DNA from: Octopus vulgaris
Lineage: Eukaryota
Assembly: GCA_951406725.2 (NCBI GenBank)
Contig: OX597821.1
Coordinates: 65,162,001-65,226,000 of the forward strand
DNA length: 64,000 nt
Direction of reading: 5' to 3'
Under the pieces are notes generated by a model. It searched no databases. It saw only the letters and a program-made list of their open reading frames with translations, and was not told the DNA's origin. Below, piece after piece: positions 55,475 to 64,000 of this stretch. How positions within the stretch are numbered: position 1 is the first letter of the stretch; each line of letters begins with the position of its first letter. A program made the translations under genes and the position numbers.

Positions 55475-56906
55475 TGTTTCTTTATTAGCCACACAGGGCT
55501 GCACACAGATAGAACAAATTACAAGGTAGAGCTTTTCTTTTGAAGGTTTAACAAAAAAAAAAAAAGGAAGGGGGAGTTTCGATCAAAAGGGATCGTAAAA
55601 GGCGTGAAAGAGGACAAAAAAAGGGGGGTTAAAAAAAAGGGGGAGAGGAAAAAAAAATTGATCAATAGGGATCGTTATCACAGAAATGTCAATATGAAGT
55701 GTAAAGGGGAGGACAGGTGAGGTTTACCCGTGGAAAGAAAAGCCTACGGAAAAGACCACGGTAACCTCGGTCAATGAAGTCACATTTTATATTTCTTTTT
55801 TTTTTTTTTTTTGCAAATAAGCAACTCTCTGTTTTCGATTTCTGGGTTCATAGGACTATGCTCAAGGTGGCTTCGTCATTCATACGTGCCATTCTTGCTA
55901 CATTCACCCATCTTTTTTTAAAACATTCGCTAGACAAAACTTGCCTCTCTACTCTCACTTTCCTTTTCAAGTGGTACTTGAAGAAGTTGATGAGAGATTG
56001 ACCAGAGAGGAAAGTGTTTGTCTCCAATCCTTTCAGACGCGTCCACCAGATACATTCTTTCGCCATAGCCACAAGGATGATGAAAATAGCTCTTCCTTCC
56101 CGTTTGAAGGAAGGAGGCGTGACAATATTGACGATAGACTCAGCTGATAAACCGACTCGTCCCACACGTGACAGCAGTTGTTCGACATAAGCCCACAGGT
56201 CGGAAATTGTTGGACACTGAACGAGTGCGTGCAGAACGGTTTCGTCGCTCTGACCGCATCTCGGGCAGGTCGGCCCCGTGTTTCTCGAGCCGTGTCTGTA
56301 GAGCTTATCCCGAACGGGTAGCGCTTCTCGGTAGCACTGCCAGGCCAGGGATCTCTGGAAGTTGTCCATGGGCCCTGGCCCGAAAGTCGTCCTGAACAGG
56401 CGGGTCAGGTACTCCTCGTCGACGTCCAGGTTCGCCCCGAGCTCGTCGTCGTACCTCCCCTCCACTAAACCCCTATAGAATGCTTTGGTTGTGTTGAAGT
56501 CACTTAAGGTCGACCCAGGACGGCAGAGTTGCTTGAGAGCAACGCGATACTCGCGGTGCCATTCGCCCTTCCTCGGCCTCTTTTTGATCCACGACTGCAG
56601 TTCGGTCATGGAGACGAGCTGCGGGAATGCGTGCCTCACAAACGGCGACCACACCTGTTCACCGTCGTCTACATAGAGCCAGAGATGTCGCAGTCTCAGC
56701 GCGTGTCTGCGCATCATCAACCACGGCATGCCCAGCCCTCCTTTTAACAGGTGTTGACAGCAAATGGATCGCCTGACCATCGGGACGCATCCTTTCCACA
56801 AGAAGCGAAAGAGGATGCGTTGTAGTTTGGTGATGGTAGGGTCGGGACAAGGTACGACGGTCAGGCGGTAGTAGATGACGGACGCGATGTACGTGTTCGC
56901 CACCTC
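55475..56906 (-). mobile_element. 5'-truncated Tx1/L1-like LINE inserted in a (GATA)n microsatellite
   Basis: (GATA)n abuts both ends; AATAAA just before the 3' end; open ORF2 C-terminus. Confidence 0.9.
55848..56906 (-). CDS. Tx1/L1-type ORF2 C-terminal region with zinc-finger (zf-RVT-like) domain
   Basis: FRFLWKG, GGLGMP, ALPVRDKL, CPRCGQSDETVLHALVQC, IWWTR; uninterrupted; the ORF-track N-terminus is (ATCT)n artefact. Confidence 0.85.
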   Translation of the reverse strand, partial: EVANTYIASVIYYRLTVVPCPDPTITKLQRILFRFLWKGCVPMVRRSICCQHLLKGGLGMPWLMMRRHALRLRHLWLYVDDGEQVWSPFVRHAFPQLVSMTELQSWIKKRPRKGEWHREYRVALKQLCRPGSTLSDFNTTKAFYRGLVEGRYDDELGANLDVDEEYLTRLFRTTFGPGPMDNFQRSLAWQCYREALPVRDKLYRHGSRNTGPTCPRCGQSDETVLHALVQCPTISDLWAYVEQLLSRVGRVGLSAESIVNIVTPPSFKREGRAIFIILVAMAKECIWWTRLKGLETNTFLSGQSLINFFKYHLKRKVRVERQVLSSECFKKRWVNVARMARMNDEATLSIVL

Positions 56907-56974
<68 letters not shown>

Positions 56975-57015
56975 TGTGTGTATATATAGATATATATATA
57001 GATATAGATAGACAA

Positions 57016-57079
<64 letters not shown>

Positions 57080-57100
57080 GAGACCATTGTTGCATTCCTC

Positions 57101-57142
<42 letters not shown>

Positions 57143-57225
57143 TATATATATATGCATACACACTCATATATTTATAGATAGATAGATACATACATACGTA
57201 CATACATACATTCATACGTACATAC

Positions 57226-57256
<31 letters not shown>

Positions 57257-58108
57257 CATACATACATACATACATACATACATACTATAATGAAAGAATG
57301 CGGCTTACAAATTAATTTGGATTATGTAACTTTTACTAAATGGAAGCTATTATTTAAGACTAAACTGTCTGGAAAATATTTATAAATTCCAGTTTTAGTA
57401 TATCTTATCAAAATTCGATTTCGAGGTTTCTTTTATTATTGTATATTTCAATCAGGAATTTTTATTCATTACAACATTTCAGCTTAATGCGGATTACCGT
57501 TTTTTAATGTCTAATTATATTTCTGAAAACATAACGGTTGCCTAGATATTTGCAACGCGACTTCTTACATGTTATGTGTTTAGTCCTGCGTCAGCCAAAT
57601 TCATGCTGATTCCAATTTCCTTTCTTTCTTTTTAGGTGCTGATAATGAAATAGAAAACGGAATAACAAAAATGGTTTTAAGTTGCGTTAATTGGGCATAC
57701 CTATACAAGTGTACAGCACCTCGATTTCGTTCTAATACCCTTCAGAAAAAACGGGTAAATTTTAATGAAATTTTAGAGAGATAGTATTCCGATGCGTAGA
57801 CTGCGATTATACTGAAATTTATTGTAAAAAGACAATGAGGGTGGAGATATTTCATGTACCTCAACATTGTTTTCTTCATACATTTTGATGATTTAATTAC
57901 GATTATATTGGAAAAGCTTCACTGGAAAATATCTTTACCGAACTATATATATCCAGCAGAAAGCCAAAAGAATTTGAAGGTTGAAATTCCATAGGGATTC
58001 CATTTAGACAAGTACAAAACTTGGAACTTTATATAGGAATGTTGTTCTTGATGCAGAGTAGAAAACCAGTAGAAAGCCACGCATTGGTAACTATTACATG
58101 TATGTGTG

Positions 58109-58160
<52 letters not shown>

Positions 58161-58500
58161 TTGAACGTGCACTTTTAGATGCATCTTCCATAAAACATCT
58201 TCAAATTGCTAATTATTTTCCTCAGTTTTACAACAACTCCACAAGGATCCAGTTCGTATTTACATACATCACGCTAGGTTACGCTGCTTCTTGTCAGACC
58301 TGTCTTCAGAAACCACAAATTATTTCAAACAAACCAGAAATTCATATCTATTCAACAATATAATTTGGATAACATTCAAAATATCTTTTTAAATTGATCA
58401 CAGTTCTTTTAATCGAAATAATATCAGCAACTGTAATCTAGATGTTATTTTAATTATATTTCGGTATTTTGCTAATTTGTTTACAATTAACTTAACTCTC

Positions 58501-58603
<103 letters not shown>

Positions 58604-60595
58604 TCGTTGAGCATAAGGATAATTCTTTAATGTAATAAAAATGCTCAAAATTGTCTTGGTTGATTAAATATTTAAACCTTACCACTTCTTTTTAAGAGGT
58701 TTTTTTTTTCTATATGATTTAGTTTAAATTAAAGGAAACGAATTACGATATTTATTAAAATATTTGTCGCTTTTGACAATATTATTCGTATTTCGCATTT
58801 TTAACATTAATATAACTAATACTGAAACAGATTTTCACTCTACATCGTTCGGTTATATGTAAATTTAATATAAATTAGTTGTTTGGTTTAATACACATTT
58901 CGCAGACATTTAAATTAAAGCAACTTAATAATACTTTGAAGTTTTAACTTCTTTATCACTAAAATTATTTCTTTTACAAATAAATAAAAATACTTTATAA
59001 ACATTTCGCAAAAGTGCTGTTAATTTTATGAAATTTCGATTTTTCTATGTTTTTAACAGTAACATCTGTTACGAACGAATGCAGTTTCGTTGAAATTGCG
59101 AGTCTTTTATATTCATAATTTCATAAAACATTTTAATAAGTTATACAACCATATGTTCATTAAAATTCTCCCGTACATTCTCTGTGTATTTAGCCTTTAT
59201 TTTATCCTTATATACACTTATTCCATTATTCCTTCCCCCACAAACACCACCACCACTTTTAGTACATCTTGAATGGAGGCCCTTAGAAACTTTAGATTTT
59301 TATTATCATGATTTATTGATAAAGCTTTTCCATTCATTGCTGTTATAGATCCCGCTACTGATTCTTTTTAAATGTTCGCATATGGCTAACAAAGATGAAA
59401 AGTCCAGAAGCCAGATTTTGTGATGCATGGCTGGTACGGTCATTTTTTAAAAGTAACAATTTACTTCCTTGTTGCATATTGAGTTCTTTACTCAGTCAAT
59501 AATTTTCTGTCCTTTAATACAAGATTAAGGGAAAAAAACAACTACTATAATCATAAAGGAGTTTACTTTTCAAATTAAGGTGTCCCGAAACATAAACTGA
59601 TTATCTAAAACTGTAACAACGGTAAATAAACTTTCCTATAAGAACACATTGTACACTTTCAAATATAGCTCACCTAAAATGATTATCACCTGAAAACGAC
59701 GGTCTTAACAAAAGGATTAAATGGAAAATGTGCGTCGATGAAAACATTTAAAGGTCACAGCGAAATGCCAATAGGGTCCGAGACAGTAGAATATGTTCCT
59801 CCAGATAATTTATTGACAACGGTGAAAGTTGATCTTTTTGCACAATTAAAATATTCGTTCAGTAGAAAAGAAAAACTCACTCTTCCTCCAAAACCTCTTG
59901 GAAATAAGATTAGCTATCTCTGCTCAAGCAACGATGTATTTATTAATTCTGGTTCAACTGAAACTATATATGAGATCAATAAACAAGAATACTTCGGATT
60001 TCTATCTCATTCAATCAAATAATCTGTAGGAATTTAGAAATTATGTTCTCTTAGATCATGTAAATATTACTGTTAGAAATATCTTGCATAGAAAACTACA
60101 TGGAAGATAGGGCCAAAATATTGCTAGCACAAGAGTCATACTTTACATTCAAAGATCATTGGAAGATAAACTTTCGAAGACATTTTTTGGTATCCTTAGT
60201 AAGTATGTATTGAATCCTATCTTTCTTAAAATCAACTTTGAATCACGTTATGGGAATTATACAATTTCCCTATGCAATTATTCAAATTCAGCCATAGTGG
60301 AATTTATTACTATTAATGATGAGAAACTACCATTTCTTCCTGTTTGATATAAAGAATACTATCCTATGATCATTGAACTTATTCTTATAGCAGCGTGTAC
60401 ATAACAGAATTAATTTCTTTTTTAAGCAGACATCAACAATATATTCAAGCAAGAAAATCTATTTTCTTATATAGCAACACACTTTAGATGAAAAAAAAAA
60501 TGAATACAGTGGCTTTCAAAATCAGTATGGGAACAAAAGGCTGAGCTGCTGCCAGTGATATTATTCGATGGTTCGTATCGAACTATGTTCTATTA

Positions 60596-60625
<30 letters not shown>

Positions 60626-60627
<2 letters not shown>

Positions 60628-62240
60628 TTTCAGTAGTTTTATTTTTATAGCGTGCTTTCACTTCACTACCGAGCGCAGCTCTGTGTGCCTTAGGTATGTG
60701 CTGTGATTTGTTGTGATCCTCTGATGGTTATTGTATGGAAAGTGTTATGCGTAGGATGTGTGCAGTGACTAGCAGTGCAATTTTCTGTATGTTATATGTG
60801 TTTGTAAGTCCTGGTGTTTTTGTTATGTATTTGTCTGAATATTTTTTTATCATGCCTAATGCACCTACTATGATAGGAACTGTTTCTGTTTTTAGATTCC
60901 ACATTCTGGTTACCTCTATTTCCAGGTCTTTGTATTTTGAAAGTTTCTCCATATTTATTTTAGAGACACGTTGTCATCTGCCGGTATTGATACATCAATT
61001 AGAAAGCATTTTTTTTTCTTCATGATCTCTGACAACTATATCTGGTCTGTTGGCCTTAATTTCTTTATCTGTGTGTATCGGCATATCCCAGAGTATGGTT
61101 GCTTTCTCGTTTTCTGTGACCTTTTCTGGTGTGTGCCTATACCATCTTTTTTCTGTTGTTATTCCATAATGTTGGCATAGCTTCCAGTGTATGTAGGTTC
61201 CAACTCTGTCATGTCTGTGAATATATTCCTTCTTAACCAGGACTGGGCAGCCAGAGATAATATGATTTATTGTTTCTTGTCCATCTCCACACATTCTGTA
61301 GTTACTTGTAATATTTCTTTTCATTACATGTTTTTGGTAATTTCTGGTGGGGAGGCTTTGGTCTTGTGCTGCAATTAAAAGTCCCTCTGTCTCTGCTTCG
61401 AGTCCTAAGCTTCTCAACCATTGCTGGGATTTTTCTTTGTCTATTTCTTTTGCGTTTAGTTTAGTCCAGTATTTACCATGAAGGGGATTTTCTTGCCATC
61501 GTTTAATCATGGTTCGTTGCTGTACTATTTTTAGTTTGGATTTCATTTGTTTTATAGATTTTGTTGTTTCTTCATCTTCTTCTTCTTCTTCTTCTTCTTC
61601 TTCTTCTTCTTCTTCTTCTTCTTCTTCTTCTTCTTCTTCATATTTATTAGGTGGTATGATTTCTTGTCTGTATTTGTCAGCTTCCTTAAATACTGAGAAC
61701 AGTTTTTTGTTTTGCTCGTGTTTTGCCGCTATTTGTATCAGTTTTCCTTCCTTCTGAAGTAGATATTTTTGCAGTCCTATGGTGGTTATTTTATAGTAGT
61801 TTTCCAGCTGTATGAGGCCTCTACCACCTTCTATACGTTGTATATATAGTCTTTCTATGTCAGATTTTGGGTGATACATCCTAGATCCTGTCATTATTTT
61901 TCTTGTTTTCCTATCTATTTTGGTTAGTTCATTTAGTGTCCAGTTAAGGATATTGTAGCTGTAACTTATAACTGGGACAGCTAAAGAGATAATACCTATT
62001 ATCTTGTTTTTAACATTGAGCTCTGTTTTTAGTATTGATCTAACTCGTCTATAATATTCTTTTTTTATTTTCTCTTTCTTTGTGTGTGTTGTGTATTATC
62101 TAGTTCATGAGTTCCTAAGTATTTGTAAGTTTGGCTTTGGTCTAATTCCTTTATTTCATTGGTTTTATCTAGTGTGATGTTGCTACTCTTAACTAGTTTT
62201 CCTCTTTTCAGGGTTACGTTGGCGCATTTTTGTAACCTAC
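60626..62240 (-). mobile_element. 5'-truncated R4/Dong-like non-LTR element (RT C-terminus, zinc knuckle, restriction-like endonuclease) ending in (TAA)n; frameshifted
   Basis: YKYLG, GGRGL, LHGKY, AAQDQSLPTRNY, ETINHIISGC, RHD, ILWD, RPDIV, EKLSKYKDL, PIIVGALG; (TTA)n at 60591-60627. Confidence 0.92.
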
Positions 62241-63441
62241 GAAGAAACAATAAAAAAAAACTGCCTCATCTTCGAACTCCTGAATCATGAAGTTGTATTC
62301 CCCAATCTAGAATTACTTAAATATTTGATCCTTGAGAATTAGAAAATCTCACAGAATTACTGATCTTGGGCGAAGCTTGGATCTTTCAAAAACTCTTGAA
62401 GTAGCTTAGAAATATTGTTTTTCAAAGTAGGTAATATTTTATAGAACACATATCTACACTATATTTTTTACCAGAATGGTAGTTTCTGCAATAAAGTTAA
62501 CACATTCAACATTAAATGATTTATTACTTAAATCAACCGACCAGATTTATTAACTGCTATTACTCTTTTAAACATTACAACTTCCCTACTTCGTCAAAAT
62601 ATCTCAAACTACACGGTAGTAACAATAGCCCTAAACATTTGGACTATGAGAAGTTTATACATTTCACAACATTAATTTAATACTTTAATTTTCGAATCAA
62701 TATTTACCCCTATACTTATTATATTCATTTTATTTTGAAACTTGCTACTTAAACTTCCAACTAAACCTTTCTCCTGTTCATTAAGCTTCATTATATTTCT
62801 GCTATTCTACTTAGCATTCCTCAACTTGTGCTAAACCACTTCGAATTTCCTTTCATACATAATTAAGATTATTCGCTACCTCCTTTTTCCAATTTTCTCT
62901 GTTCACCATATCTAGCATAAGATTTAGCATACACTTTCTTACGCTACTGAATAACCTTTTACAACTTTATTTTAACCCAAATTGTGATATCTTATAATCT
63001 CCCATTATCTAACTTTTATTCCATTCTATTCATTTTCAAACAATTTCTTTCAAACTGATATCATTTTCATGTATGGCGTATATCACTTTATATTTCCATT
63101 CAAGTAACATTTACATTTCGTTCTTAAAAACAAATTGTAATTTACACACCTATATACATTATCAATTCGAAACACCTTGTAACTGCCAATATCATTTGAT
63201 AAGATACACGTTTTATTTTCACCTCTTTATACACATAACTAATTTTATTGCTTCTTTGTGCGAAAATTTAAAGCGACAATTCCATCAAATATTTTGATTT
63301 CTACATTGTCTGTAAAACATGTCTACGCACTTACACAAAGAAACGCTCACAAGAAAGACACATGTGAGTTTTCTTCTGCGCGTATATACATAGATAACTA
63401 TGTATGCATATATACATGTCTAAATACACATACACGCACTA

Positions 63442-63508
<67 letters not shown>

Positions 63509-63611
63509 ATATATGTGGTGCTTACACTACCAAATATGTTTTCACAAACAACATTTTCTGAAGAATATTGTTAATTGAACATTACTGTTTAACATTTTAT
63601 ACATTATAATA

Positions 63612-64000
63612 TTCTGGGGGAGGGAGGCCAGTCGATTAGATCGACCCCAGTACGCGACTCGTACTTAATTTATCGACCCCGAAAGGATGAAAGGCAAAGT
63701 CGACCTCGGCGGAATTTGAATTAAGAACGTAAAGCCAGACGAAATACCTATTTCTTTACTACCCACAAGGGGCTAAACACAGAGAGGACAAACAAGGACA
63801 GACAAACGGATTAAATCGATTACATCGACCCCAGTGCGTAACTGGTACTTAATTTATCGACCCTGAAAGGATGAAAGGCAAAGTCGACCTTGGCAGAATT
63901 TGAACTCAGAACGTAATGGCAGACAAAATACGGCTACGCATTTCGCCCGGTGCGCTAACGTTTCTGATTTCTTTATTGCCCACAAAGGGCTAGACATAGA
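63612..64000 (-). mobile_element. SINE family A multimer running off the window end
   Basis: Two complete core units plus the start of a third. Confidence 0.88.

Overview
AT-rich, microsatellite-saturated eukaryotic DNA with no confidently identifiable host gene. The SINE families and repeat landscape look like an octopus/cephalopod genome (inference). Most ORF-track entries are artefacts of (TA)n/(CA)n/(TATG)n/(AAT)n/(GATA)n runs. Real coding remnants are all transposon-derived: two copies of one Penelope-like (RT + GIY-YIG) family, a CR1-type LINE 3' end, a Tx1/L1-type ORF2 3' end, an ORF1-only Tx1-like element, an R4/Dong-like RLE element, an RTE fragment, an internally deleted Gypsy element and a mariner relic. 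Non-coding elements include a Helitron, a TA-TSD MITE and many tRNA-derived SINEs. The strongest signal is a population of about a dozen type I hammerhead-ribozyme-like loci between 7.9 and 40 kb, from several unrelated small element families. Several are fold-back palindromes carrying a ribozyme on each strand, most sit in (TA)n tracts, and one variant has a U3-A8 core with stem II covariation. Also notable: different retroelement families each occupy a different microsatellite, and the dominant SINE shares its 3' tail with the Tx1-like LINE. All alignments and folds were done by eye; none was computed.
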